From Methanobacteriota archaeon (lineage in GTDB: Archaea > Thermoplasmatota > Thermoplasmata > SG8-5 > DAIRED01): DNA of 56,134 bases. The position numbers and the translations under genes are program-made. Position 1 is the stretch's first letter. Every line of letters begins with the position of its first letter. Under the pieces are notes generated by a model. That model did no database searches. It saw nothing but the letters and a program-made list of their open reading frames with translations, and was not told where the DNA came from. Below, in pieces: positions 10,271-20,800 of this stretch. The DNA is taken from assembly GCA_043799545.1 (NCBI GenBank), contig JAZDNO010000022.1, positions 1 through 56,134 on the forward strand, in the 5' to 3' direction.

Positions 10271-11260
10271 TTAACCCCCGAAATCCTTCATCTCCACTTT
10301 CCGCTTCTCGGCCGACGATGCTATCGCGGCCAGCGCAACCTTCATGCTCTCCAGCCCCTCGATCCCGGACACGAGCGGCTCCGACCCACCCTTTATCGCT
10401 GCCAGGAAGTCCATGATTTCGTTCTTGAGCGGCTCCTGCTTCTTCAGTGAGATGTTGCGGATGTCGAATTCTAGGGGAGCGTGGAACAAATCCCCCTGGT
10501 CCAGCGAGACGTATTGAGAGCTCGATATCGTCACGCCCTGGGTCATGTAGTCCAGCTCGACGTAGTTCTTCATGCACGTGAGGGAGAGGCGGCGGACCTT
10601 CATGGGGGTGAGCCAGTTCGTCTGCGAGATGCCGGCCGTGCCGTTCTCGAATTCGATGAGGATGTCTGCATGGTCCTCGAACGGGGCTTCCCCCCGCCTG
10701 CCGCTCAGCGCGTACACGCTCTTCACCGGAGAGCCTGCCAGATAGCGCATCACGTCGATGTCGTGAATTCCCAGATCCAGGACGCAGCCCACGTCTTTTA
10801 TCCGCCCAGGCATGGAGGACACGCGCCTTGACGAGAGTGAGACCAGATCGCCGAAGCGCCCTTCCGCCAGCGCGCTCTTCGCGAAGCCGACGACGGGGTT
10901 GTGGCGCTCTATCATCCCTATTGCCAGGACTACGCCCGCCTTCTCAGCCGCCTTGAGCATCTCCCTGCCGTCCTTGACCGTCGCAGCTATGGGCTTCTCG
11001 CAGAGGACGTGCTTTCCGGCCTCCATGGCCTCGATGACCGTCTGCTTGTGGAACTGAGTTGGCGTTGCGACGACTATCGCATCCACCGATGCATACATGT
11101 CCGAGGGGGTGGCATATCCGCCGACAACGAATCGCGTGGCAATCTCTGTTCTCGCCTTCGTGTCCGGGTCCGCAACGCCTCCGAGCGCCCCCATCTCCGA
11201 CAGCACGCGCGCGTGGTTCCGCCCCATGGAGCCCACGCCGACCACGCCAACCTTCGTCAT
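10271..11260 (-). CDS. Gfo/Idh/MocA oxidoreductase (WbpB-like sugar 3-dehydrogenase)
   Basis: VGVVGVGSMGRNH, EKP motif, DLGIHDID. Start reassigned to MTKVGVVG (11260). Confidence 0.9.
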   Translation of the reverse strand: MTKVGVVGVGSMGRNHARVLSEMGALGGVADPDTKARTEIATRFVVGGYATPSDMYASVDAIVVATPTQFHKQTVIEAMEAGKHVLCEKPIAATVKDGREMLKAAEKAGVVLAIGMIERHNPVVGFAKSALAEGRFGDLVSLSSRRVSSMPGRIKDVGCVLDLGIHDIDVMRYLAGSPVKSVYALSGRRGEAPFEDHADILIEFENGTAGISQTNWLTPMKVRRLSLTCMKNYVELDYMTQGVTISSSQYVSLDQGDLFHAPLEFDIRNISLKKQEPLKNEIMDFLAAIKGGSEPLVSGIEGLESMKVALAAIASSAEKRKVEMKDFGG

Positions 11261-11285
11261 GGGTGGGGGGAGAACCAGGTGATTA

Positions 11286-11310
11286 TTAACCTTTTCTGGG
11301 AAAGGGTTAA
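11286..11310. promoter_or_regulatory. Back-to-back divergent BRE/TATA promoters forming an 11-bp inverted repeat
   Basis: TTAACCTTTTC-TGG-GAAAGGGTTAA (one mismatch) in the 75-bp gap between the sugar operon and the deacetylase. Confidence 0.55.
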
Positions 11311-11335
11311 AGCCTGGCGGAGCATGCCATACCAT

Positions 11336-12343
11336 ATGGGCCTAGTGTTTCACGAGACCTACCTGGCTCAGACCCAGCCCGGAGACCACCCGGAGAGCCC
11401 GGCGAGGACGGCGGCGATTGTGAGGAGGCTCGAAGAGCTCGGAGCCATGGAAACCGCGCTGAAACCGGAGCTGGCGGCAATCGGGGATGTGGCATCCGTC
11501 CACGACCCGTATTACCTGGCCGAGCTGCAGGGGGCCAAAGCGGGGTACATCGACCCGGACACGTATTTGATGCCGGACGGTTACAAGAACGCTCTGAATT
11601 CCGCGGGCGGTGCCCTTCTGGCAGCGAGGCGGTCCTTCTCGGAGAAGAAACCGTACATGGCGCTCCTGAGGCCCCCGGGGCATCACGCCACTCGATGCCA
11701 TAGCATGGGATTCTGCTACATCAACAACGCCGCCGTCGCCGCGAAGGCGCTTCTCCCAGATGCGAAGAGGGTAGCTATCATCGATTACGACGTGCACCAC
11801 GGAAACGGCACGTCGGAAATATTCTACGACGACCCGGACGTGCTTTACATCTCGACTCACCAGTGGGGAATCTATCCAGGCAGTGGACATTTCACAGAGG
11901 TTGGCTCAGGAGAGGGAAAGGGCTACACCGTGAACATCCCGCTGCTGTCGGGCGCCGGGGACGCGACCTTCATGAGCGCGTTCGACGAAGTTATAGAGCC
12001 TGTTGTCACAAGATTCAAACCGGGGGCGGTGCTGGTCAGCCTCGGCGTCGATGCCCATTACAAAGATTTCCTGGCCTCGCTCTCGCTCTCTTCAAAAGGC
12101 TACGTCGAGCTTTGCAGGCGGACGCAGGAGGTCGCAAAGAAGGTCTGTGCCAGCCGCATCGCGTTCCTGCTAGAGGGGGGTTACCATCCTGAAGCGCTTG
12201 CCGAAGTCGTGGCGGGAGTGGTCAAGTCGTTCGACGGGGAGGATACGAAGCTGGCCTACAACCAGGTATCAGACAACGAGTGCGTCGGCTCCTCTGCGAT
12301 TGCCGCAGCCAGGCATACCCATTCAAGCCAGTGGGGAACCTGA
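11336..12343 (+). CDS. Histone deacetylase superfamily (class II-like) Zn-dependent deacetylase
   Basis: RPPGHHA, GFCYINN, DYDVHHGNGT, GVDAH, LEGGY. Start 11336 (or 11324). Confidence 0.95.
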   Translation: MGLVFHETYLAQTQPGDHPESPARTAAIVRRLEELGAMETALKPELAAIGDVASVHDPYYLAELQGAKAGYIDPDTYLMPDGYKNALNSAGGALLAARRSFSEKKPYMALLRPPGHHATRCHSMGFCYINNAAVAAKALLPDAKRVAIIDYDVHHGNGTSEIFYDDPDVLYISTHQWGIYPGSGHFTEVGSGEGKGYTVNIPLLSGAGDATFMSAFDEVIEPVVTRFKPGAVLVSLGVDAHYKDFLASLSLSSKGYVELCRRTQEVAKKVCASRIAFLLEGGYHPEALAEVVAGVVKSFDGEDTKLAYNQVSDNECVGSSAIAAARHTHSSQWGT

Positions 12344-12349
12344 ACCCGT

Positions 12350-13516
12350 TCAACGGCTTTTGCCGATGACCTTTCGCGCGTCGAGCTTGCGCTCCTTGTC
12401 CTTCTTGACCATCTTCTCAAGCACGCTCAGGAGCTCGTCCAGAGCCCTCAGGGCGTCCCAGTCGTTCGCCTTGGCGTAGTACATCTCGTGGTCTGTGGTC
12501 AGGCGGCCGTGCATCGAGTACTTCATCTCGCCACCGGTGTCGTGATGCGTGGTGGCGTGGATGTTGAACACCTTGGGCGTGACCAGGCGGTTGACGCGCG
12601 TCATGGTCTTGAGGATTTGGTCGTACATCAAATCGTAGCACGAGGTGTCCGCCTCCTCGAGACCGGTTATCTGGACGTAGACGCCCTTCTCCTCTCTGAA
12701 GCTGGCCAGCAGCTCTACCAGGTCGTACTGCGTGATTACGCCCTTGATTGTGTCGTTGTCGACGACGACGATGGTCGATATCTTGTTCTTCGCCATCGTG
12801 TCTATAGCCTCGATAATCTTCTTGTCCGAACGTATCTGGATTGCGGGCGACTGCATCGCGTCCCTCACCCTGACGTTGACCATCACGGTCCCGTCTCCGC
12901 GAGGCATGCCGCTGCGCTTGCTCTTGGTCTTCGCGCTCCCCATCATGGACAGGCCGGCCATGTCCTTGATGCCGATGACTCCGGTGAGGCGGCCCTTGCC
13001 GTCGACGACTGGCATAGATTTGACGTCGTACTTCGTCATGGTGACCTTCGCCTGCTCGAGAGGGTCGCTGTCAGTCAGGCAGAAAGGCTCCTTCGTCATT
13101 ATCTCCGCTATCGTGATGGCGCTGAGCTTCTTTATCTTCGGAATCGTGGCCATCAGGTCGTGCCTGGACACTATGCCGGTCAAAGCTCCCTTGGCGTTCA
13201 TCACCGGCAGCGCGCGGTAGCCCGAAGTCAGAAGCGCCTCCGCGACCTCCGTTATCGGCTGGTCCTCCAAGATGCTCGGCGGGAGGGTCATGAGGTTCGA
13301 GACCTTCGTGGTCAATGGGAGGCTCCTGCGCTTGATGAGTGTCTCGTAGCTGACTATGCCGACGGTCTTCTGGCCCCTGCAGACCGGGAGCTCGCTGACG
13401 TCGTGGGCCTTCATCTTTCCGAGGACCTCGGAGAGATTCTCGTCCGGCTCGGTCACCACGAGCTTGCTCGACATCACGTCCCTTGCCTTGACCTCTTCAA
13501 TCTTGAACTGCTTCAT
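12350..13516 (-). CDS. 4xCBS domain protein with a C-terminal HPF/RaiA-like domain; candidate ribosome hibernation factor
   Basis: Two CBS pairs, then about 110 aa (GVYVQITGLEE...KYSMHGRLTTDHEMYYAKANDWDALRALDELLSVLEKMVKKDKE) with an HPF-like beta-alpha-beta-beta-beta-alpha pattern. Confidence 0.8.
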   Translation of the reverse strand: MKQFKIEEVKARDVMSSKLVVTEPDENLSEVLGKMKAHDVSELPVCRGQKTVGIVSYETLIKRRSLPLTTKVSNLMTLPPSILEDQPITEVAEALLTSGYRALPVMNAKGALTGIVSRHDLMATIPKIKKLSAITIAEIMTKEPFCLTDSDPLEQAKVTMTKYDVKSMPVVDGKGRLTGVIGIKDMAGLSMMGSAKTKSKRSGMPRGDGTVMVNVRVRDAMQSPAIQIRSDKKIIEAIDTMAKNKISTIVVVDNDTIKGVITQYDLVELLASFREEKGVYVQITGLEEADTSCYDLMYDQILKTMTRVNRLVTPKVFNIHATTHHDTGGEMKYSMHGRLTTDHEMYYAKANDWDALRALDELLSVLEKMVKKDKERKLDARKVIGKSR

Positions 13517-13590
13517 TGCATTCCCTTTCCTCGTACACCGGCATAGTCAAGCCGGCGCGGTGCAACCCAATACGGCTGCCCCTTTTAAAA

Positions 13591-14058
13591 CTATTGCGGC
13601 CTGGAAAGCCGCTTTTGCATCTCAAGCGCGTCCGAGGGGCGCCCGCCCGTACCGGGATAATACCCCTCGACGACCATCGTTTCAGTATATCCAGCCTTGC
13701 GATAGAGCGATATCGCCCCAAGGTTCGTGAGGCGCACCTCGAGCGAGATGGATTCGCAACCGACCTTGGCAGCGGCCTCGTCGGCGGCCTCCAGCAGCGC
13801 CGACCCGATGCCGCTGCCGCGGAACTCGCGGGCTACGTCGATTGTGAGCAAACGGGCCGTCGAGTCCGAGAATTGAAGTAGCGCGAACCCCCCTAAAACA
13901 CAGCCGCATTCAGCCACGAGCGCGGCCACGTCCCCGCGCTTCACCAGCGCTCCGAGCTGCCTCCTGGAAAGACCCTCAGGGCCGGGGAAGCATTCCCTCT
14001 CCATCCGCGCCACAGCGTCCAGGTCTTCATGCCTGAACGGGCGAATTCTTGGCCTCAT
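13591..14058 (-). CDS. RimI/Ard1-like GNAT N-acetyltransferase
   Basis: IDVAREFRGSGIGSALL, SLEVRLTNLGAISLYRKAGY, GYY. Confidence 0.9.
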   Translation of the reverse strand: MRPRIRPFRHEDLDAVARMERECFPGPEGLSRRQLGALVKRGDVAALVAECGCVLGGFALLQFSDSTARLLTIDVAREFRGSGIGSALLEAADEAAAKVGCESISLEVRLTNLGAISLYRKAGYTETMVVEGYYPGTGGRPSDALEMQKRLSRPQ

Positions 14059-14590
14059 TGTCGAGCCTCTCGAGGACCTTCGCCGCCTTCTCCTTGAAGC
14101 CGTCCACGGTCGCGTCGTTGACTATGACCAGGTCCGCGCTGGCGAAAGCGTTGCCGAGCCCCCACCCCAACTCGCGCTTGTCCCTCTTGCGGAACTCGTC
14201 GATGCTCTTCGGGTCGTCGCCCCGCCCCCTGTGCGAGAGCCTGTCGAACCTCGTTCTCTCTGGCGCGAAGACAGCCACGAGGAGAAGCCTCTGACCGAAG
14301 ACCTGCCTGAAGCGCTCGACCTCGTCCAGGCTGCGCGTGCCGTCTATTACGCACTTGTCCCCCTTGACCCGTTCCAGCGTGCGCTCCGCCCATACTGTGG
14401 GGCCATGCTGCTCCCGCTCGCTCGCGGCCAGGCCGCCTATCGACTGGTCGTCGGTCGGGAGGTCGCGCTTCTTGGCCTCGTCGCGGACGACGTCGCCCAT
14501 CCTCACAACTGTGTAGCCTTTTGCCGCCGATGCGCTGACGAACTCCTCCTTTCCGGAGCCTGGCATTCCGACTACGACGATGACTGACAT
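14027..14590 (-). CDS. Archaeal dephospho-CoA kinase-like P-loop kinase (UPF0200)
   Basis: VVGMPGSGKE, MGDVVRDEA, RGRGDDP, RDKRELGWGLG. Start at MSVIVVVG. Confidence 0.85.
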   Translation of the reverse strand: MSVIVVVGMPGSGKEEFVSASAAKGYTVVRMGDVVRDEAKKRDLPTDDQSIGGLAASEREQHGPTVWAERTLERVKGDKCVIDGTRSLDEVERFRQVFGQRLLLVAVFAPERTRFDRLSHRGRGDDPKSIDEFRKRDKRELGWGLGNAFASADLVIVNDATVDGFKEKAAKVLERLDNEAKNSPVQA

Positions 14591-14734
14591 TGCATGGGGA
14601 CAGTGCATTTTGTGTATCTAAAACTAATGGAACGGGTAGTACCCCGAATTAGCCTCCTTTTTACATTTCAAGGTGCCAGTCATTCATCCCGCATTTTGAG
14701 GCTATATTGCTCGGTCCTAGTGGGGTTTCCCGGA

Positions 14735-17700
14735 TCACCCGCTGCCTATTTCGATATCAATGGTTTCTCGGGCCATCGCTCCGCCATTGTCAGTAATTGT
14801 CAAGGTGACTGTGTAGGTTGATGGCCCGGCGAATGTGTGCGCCACGATTGCACCTTCAGCGGCGGTGCCATCTCCGAAGTCCCAAACATACGAAGCGATT
14901 GCGCCATCACGGTCATAGGATTCCGATGCGTCAAAGAAGAACTGGTAGTTGTTCAAGGCCACGCCGTCCAAGTATGATGTGCTCAACGTGATTTCCTGGT
15001 AATATCCGCATAGAGTGTTGAATTCTTTAAAGAATGAAAGGGTATCGTCTCCAGAGGTGAACTTCAGCCACGTTGGATTCTCGCCAGGATGATTGGCCGA
15101 ATATTTCAGAATGACCGAATAGCTGCGTCCAAGGTACTTGTTCAGGACCATCGTTTGTGTGTCTGGGGCTCCGGTGCCTCGCGTCACCGACATCTGTCGG
15201 ATGAGTTCGCCATCTTCGTAGATTTCAACTGTAACCGTGTTACCCTTTCGACCCGCGATTTTGACCGAAACGAATACCTCTTGGTACACACCGATTTGTT
15301 GCACTGGTGGCCTATTGGGGATTTCAACGACTCTCGTCAGGGATGTAGTCAATCCATTCTCAAACACGATTGTGAGGTTCACTGTGTAGCTCCCGGATTC
15401 CGTGAACGGAAATTCATGCAATCCAGTATCATGCTGAGTTATGACCGTTCCGTTCCCAAAGTCCCATATGAGGGTTTCGGGTTGTATCAAGCCCTCTCTG
15501 CTGATGTGTGGAGCGCAATATACAGTCGTGCTGTTCTCGTAAAATTCCTTGATTGTCGCGTCCAAATCGACGATTCTTTCTTGGATTAAGCCATCCGCTG
15601 CATTGAAATCGAAATGCATCGTGCGGGAGCGCGTTCCCGATTCTATGGTCACATCGACAGTATTTGCACCCGTGCCAGAATTTTCATACCTCAACACCAT
15701 GAGCATGCCATATCCGACCGGATTGCGAAGCGTCAGAGATTTGCTCTCTGGCTCTCCGCCACTTAAGGTGACATCCCCAATTATTTTCGATGCGTTGCCT
15801 TGAGTGGCGATGAAATATATCTCGACGGCGTTGTTTTCCGCTCCGCTCACGGTCGCGGTCGCGTCGATTTGTTGGATAATCTCGATATCGTCAATCTTCA
15901 CATATCGCTGGATAATGGTATAATATCCCTTCGTGTACAATATTATGTCACGGTATTCCGTCTCCGGCGCCTCGTATGGAAATTCGAGGTCCACATATTC
16001 CCCGCAGTTCAGTTCCACATACGTTTCATCGCCGTATGCCAGCTCATCCATCACGTCGCCGTCAACCGAATGCACAGCGGAGGTCAGCACACATGTTGTA
16101 TCAATAAAATCACCGCCCTCCGATTGGTCCAGACCGACGAAGTCGACTTGGTGGTGCGCCCTCCACGAGATATTCACATGCAGATAATCGGTCGATGCCT
16201 GTAGGAAAGAAGTCAAATCAAAGACATCGATGCTCCACAATTCCCTTGGTATGATGGAACCGACCTGAATCCAATCCCCATCGGCATTTAAAATTCGGAT
16301 TTCTATCGGACCGTATAGCGGTTCGATGGCGTCCCAAGGAAGATAGTCGTAAGTGCATTTCAAATCGGACCTGAGTATTAGTTTTGCTGGCTTGCCGTAA
16401 TCGCAAGCGAATTTCACAACCAAACAATCATCCTTGTACCCATCATAATATTCATCGCCCATTGCCCCGACGACATTCGTGAGGTTCGCGTTGTTTTTAT
16501 CAAGACAGGAAAGCGGGGGAACGGGGTCTCCGTAGATGACTATATAGCCTTCCGGGGTCACGCCGACATTGAAATCGCCATCGTGGTCTATTGTGATGAG
16601 TTCGGCGTTGTCTATGTAAGATATCTCAAACAATTCCCCCTCCATTATTCGGAATTTGTATTTGTCCCCGACCGGAACCGGAGATTTTTGCAGGACGTAT
16701 GCATCGTCTATCATCGAACTCTGTTTGCTGAAATCTTCGGAATTCGTGAGCAGGCTGTTGTCCGGTTCGTAATTCGTGCCGTTCCATACCCAAACGTAAG
16801 GGCAGGATGGAGGCCACACCTTGTTATGTACCAATACTCCACCTGCGAAATAGTTATGGTTGTTCTCGACTTCCAGATTGTAGACAACGGCAGTCTTTTC
16901 GATGACCTCTCTCGATAAAACAGGAACATCCCCATCAATCCCGATCAAGGTATCTCCAATGGTGATATTTTCAGCGTTCTTAATCAAGTTTTGTGTGTAT
17001 ATCGGGTGGTTTCCAGTGACTTCGAGACCATTGATTTTCAAATATGAATCAACTGTGTGGTTCGATGTGTATATCACGGTGTCCGTTTCTATCTCTCCGG
17101 TTCGTTCGTTGTACGACAATATCCGGTCCCCTTGCGCTATGTTCTCGATATTCGCCTCACCGTTCGGGGTCGACACTTTGGTCCCGCCGACGAAACAGTA
17201 ACCCGGCGGTGGCGCCGACCATGGGACTTGATCCGTGGCGAAGGTTACCGTAAGGGAATCCGTGTGTTTGCCCGTAGAATCTACCGCTCTGACAAAGAGC
17301 GTGAAAACATTGCTTGAAGGTAGACCGCCTACGGCTTCGAACGGGTCTGTTGTGGTTTGCAATAAATTACTGCTGCCCGAATAGACCCAATAAATTTGGT
17401 AAACAACTGGCGATACATCGATTGATGCGGTCCATTCCAACCAAACACTGGTCACACTTGGATTAACAGTATGAATGATGGGAGCTGTGGGATTTTCCGT
17501 ATCGATTTGGATTTTATAGGTTCCAATCGGATAGGTGTTAGTATTCGTGTGTTTAAAGGATACATGGAGGTACCATAATCCTTCTTGAACATTAGTTAGA
17601 CCAATTGTTGTTGTGGCTGGGGAGTCGACCGTAGTTGTGCCAGCGGCGAGTGGGTCGGGGAGGTTGCTTGGATTGCTGTCGTGGTTTAAAACATAATAAA

Positions 17701-17830
17701 GTTTCGCCACACTCGATAATGATGGACCGGCCCAAGTAACCACAGGATTGACATCCGTATACCATTCTTCTTGATTTGGGTGTGTCGATGAGGTCAATGA
17801 CGTTAAAACAATAGTATCCTGTACTTGCAC
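14735..17830 (-). CDS. C-terminal part of a giant surface protein (FN3, Hint, uncharacterised beta-domain, PKD); probably continuous with the upstream subtilase via a frameshift
   Basis: No signal peptide and a GTG start in the middle of a repeat unit. The same frame extends upstream as TVICQVNDRCGNLVQVQDTIVL. Ends with a PKD domain (FFDASESYDRDGAIASYVWDFGDG). Confidence 0.85.
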   Translation of the reverse strand: MQVQDTIVLTSLTSSTHPNQEEWYTDVNPVVTWAGPSLSSVAKLYYVLNHDSNPSNLPDPLAAGTTTVDSPATTTIGLTNVQEGLWYLHVSFKHTNTNTYPIGTYKIQIDTENPTAPIIHTVNPSVTSVWLEWTASIDVSPVVYQIYWVYSGSSNLLQTTTDPFEAVGGLPSSNVFTLFVRAVDSTGKHTDSLTVTFATDQVPWSAPPPGYCFVGGTKVSTPNGEANIENIAQGDRILSYNERTGEIETDTVIYTSNHTVDSYLKINGLEVTGNHPIYTQNLIKNAENITIGDTLIGIDGDVPVLSREVIEKTAVVYNLEVENNHNYFAGGVLVHNKVWPPSCPYVWVWNGTNYEPDNSLLTNSEDFSKQSSMIDDAYVLQKSPVPVGDKYKFRIMEGELFEISYIDNAELITIDHDGDFNVGVTPEGYIVIYGDPVPPLSCLDKNNANLTNVVGAMGDEYYDGYKDDCLVVKFACDYGKPAKLILRSDLKCTYDYLPWDAIEPLYGPIEIRILNADGDWIQVGSIIPRELWSIDVFDLTSFLQASTDYLHVNISWRAHHQVDFVGLDQSEGGDFIDTTCVLTSAVHSVDGDVMDELAYGDETYVELNCGEYVDLEFPYEAPETEYRDIILYTKGYYTIIQRYVKIDDIEIIQQIDATATVSGAENNAVEIYFIATQGNASKIIGDVTLSGGEPESKSLTLRNPVGYGMLMVLRYENSGTGANTVDVTIESGTRSRTMHFDFNAADGLIQERIVDLDATIKEFYENSTTVYCAPHISREGLIQPETLIWDFGNGTVITQHDTGLHEFPFTESGSYTVNLTIVFENGLTTSLTRVVEIPNRPPVQQIGVYQEVFVSVKIAGRKGNTVTVEIYEDGELIRQMSVTRGTGAPDTQTMVLNKYLGRSYSVILKYSANHPGENPTWLKFTSGDDTLSFFKEFNTLCGYYQEITLSTSYLDGVALNNYQFFFDASESYDRDGAIASYVWDFGDGTAAEGAIVAHTFAGPSTYTVTLTITDNGGAMARETIDIEIGSG
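16823..17197 (-). other. Hint (intein-like/BIL) domain, 125 aa
   Basis: Block A CFVGGTKV, block B VTGNHPIY, block F/G VYNLEVENNHNYFAGGVLVHN followed by Lys; no endonuclease domain. Confidence 0.9.
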
Positions 17831-17862
17831 TAGATTTCCACAACGATCATTTACTTGGCATA

Positions 17863-20800
17863 TTACTGTTTTGTTCCCACGACGGGCGAGAGAATCCAGT
17901 TTTTTATTATTATTTGACCTGAAGGATAGTTATAAAAATTGACCCAATCAGACCAACCAATGCCATCCGAGCAGTATCGGAAAGCCCATAGGCCTATGCC
18001 AGAATCAGATGCTGACAAAGTCAAGGTCACACTTTGGCTGGGGGTGTATTCGGCTCCGTCATTGATATATGCTGATGCAGTGGGCGGAGTCATGTCTAAA
18101 ACAATCGTATCGCTTGATGTAGCAACATATCCGTTATAATCCAACACCTGATAATAAACTATCTTAGTCCCGGAGCCAGCGGTCAATATCCATGCTTTTG
18201 TTAGGGATGGGTTCTCCCAGAGCTCGGTGTCCCACGTTCCATCATTTGAATATCTCGCTAACCAGACGCCTGCACCAGTACTCTTGTATGTGAGTGATAA
18301 AGATACTGAGGTTGTTGCAGTATACTCGTTATAGTTATTGATAATTATTGAGCAAGAAAGAGGTATGGTATCGATCCAGAAAGGACCGATATGATATGCG
18401 TTTCCGTTCCAATTACCAGCGTTATCTTTAGTTCTTATATGAAAATATATATTATTTCCGTCAGCTTGCGCGGGACTAGTGGTGCTTGTTACTGTTGAAG
18501 CTATGTCTACGGTTGTATCTGGAATGGTAGTCGCGCTGGTTGACCATTGTGTCGAATAACCAGCCACTCCGCTCCCTCCTGCATCAGAGGCTCCCGACCA
18601 GCTAACGTCTATCGTGTTGTCGCTTGACCATGCGTTCACTGGTGGGTTTGATGTATAACTTGTGGGGTTCGTAGGAGCTACAGTGTCGATTTTAAATGGT
18701 CCTACATGATAAGCTCCTGGATTCCAATTGCCAGCATTATCTCTTGTTCTAATATGCAGGTACCAGTTTGTGCCATCGCTTAGTGCATTACTCGTGGTAC
18801 TAGTCCCTCCAGTATCAGAAGTGGCATCTGGAATTGTTGACGGATTAGTTGACCATTCGATTGAATATCCATAAACCCCACTATCTGCGTCTGATGCTCC
18901 AGACCAGCTTATTAAAATAGTGTTGTCGTTTGACCATGTGTTTATAGATCGATCTGAGCTGTAACTTGTGGGATTTATGGGCGATACTGCATCTAGTGGT
19001 ATCGCTCTACTCCATATTACATTGGACGAAGAAACCCCCCAATTACTCGACGCAACTTCAATCCAGATTTTATATTTATGATTCGGATATATGTCTTGGT
19101 TAAAAGTAAATGTTTTGGTATTTATATCTGAGATAATTGTTCCAGATTGAGGCAAGATATATGGATTGCCATATGTATCCCTTCCTTCGCCCCAGATTCG
19201 GTAATATACGAAATCGTTAGCATTATTGTTATACTTAGTCCATGTAACCTTGACCGAAGAGGTGGCTCTCACATTCGGCGGATTCAAAATAACTTCACCT
19301 GGATTATAACTGTCAATGAAATTTAAACAAGACTGTGCGTTAACTTGACCATAACCTGTATAACGATCCCAGCCATCAATAGCAATTTCTTGTCCAGAAG
19401 CATATATTAGATCGGTTGCGGTGACATTTATTATCGCTCTTACTTCAGCATTTGTTAATGAAGGTCTATATGACCAAATCAATGCAGCTACTCCGGCAAC
19501 AAGGGGTGCTGCAGCGGATGTGCCACTATATGGAATATAATTGTTGTTTGCAATTGTGCCGACAATCGATGTACCAGGAGCCATTACATCAAGTCTTGGA
19601 CCATAGTTGCTACCGCATCCTTCTATCCAGTCCGTAGGCGTAGCTCTCATATCAGCTGTGGTTGTTGCTCCTACGGCGATTACAGAGTCATAACTCGCCG
19701 GAACATAACTCTTACCATTATTTGTTAATCCAATTCCCCCATCTTCGTTGTTCCCACTCGCAGCAATAACCAGACAACCATTATTCCAAGCATCTACCAG
19801 TAATGAGTTAAATGTTGGGGAGATGTCATACCACCCAAAACTCATGCTGATTATATTTGCGTTATCCTTTACATATCTCAAAGATTGCCATAGCGCAACC
19901 GATGATACTGCGGGTGGCATATCCAGGCCATTAGTTCCACTACCACCACCTCCGAGTCTAATCGCCATTAATTTGCAATTGGCTACTCCTGAGATTCCAA
20001 TATTATTATTTATTCTAGCACCAACAATCCCTGCACAATATGTTCCGTGATACTCACCAACATACTCATCCATGGGGCCGTTAATTCCAGTATATTCATA
20101 TTGTTCATTATTACCAGTTATTGGATTTACTCTTGTCGAAGAGTCTATAAAGTCAAAACCATAATAATCATCAACATAACCATTATTATCATCATCAATA
20201 TTATTTGTTGATTTATTTTCTCCATTCGTATCTAATACTTTTTCTCCAGGATTATTCCACATATTGGATGTTAAATCTTCGTGGGTATAATCAATACCAC
20301 TGTCCATAATCGCGACAACTACTTGTTCATTACCTCTGGTTTTATCCCAGGCTTCTGGTACATTGATGCGCTTTAATCCCCACTGGTCTGTTGAGTATCT
20401 AGGATCATTAGGTATAAAATGATAATCCAAAACGACCATTCGATCGGATTCAACCAATTCGACTGAGGCATGTTTAGTAATTTTATCAATGAAAATATTC
20501 AATTTAATATATTTATCGTGTTGGTTCAAAGTCGAATTGCATACTTTAAATATAATTATACACGAATCGTTCCAGATATCAAATATTGTGGTGTTTAACG
20601 CATTAGCTAGTAAATTTATATTTTCTGGCATAGTATAAAATTTAACAAGAACTAATCCTGTTAAATTCCAACTTTCTGAATTCGCAATAGTCGTAGATCT
20701 TGTTAAATTGGTGGATTGATTCTCTCCATTTAAATCGGTTTGAATGGTTCGATAATACACGGGGAAAATTTCATCGGTTTTTAATTTCGCAAATCCATTG

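Noticed and set aside
10901-11335. Long N-terminal extensions in the ORF track (also 7857-8828, 22957, 24167, 29975-31093, 30640-31293, 50932)
   Set aside because: They overlap neighbouring genes or promoters; homology begins at the downstream starts used above.
16823-17197. Canonical mobile intein or polymorphic toxin
   Set aside because: No homing endonuclease, +1 residue is Lys, host is a surface protein; no toxin domain or immunity gene follows.
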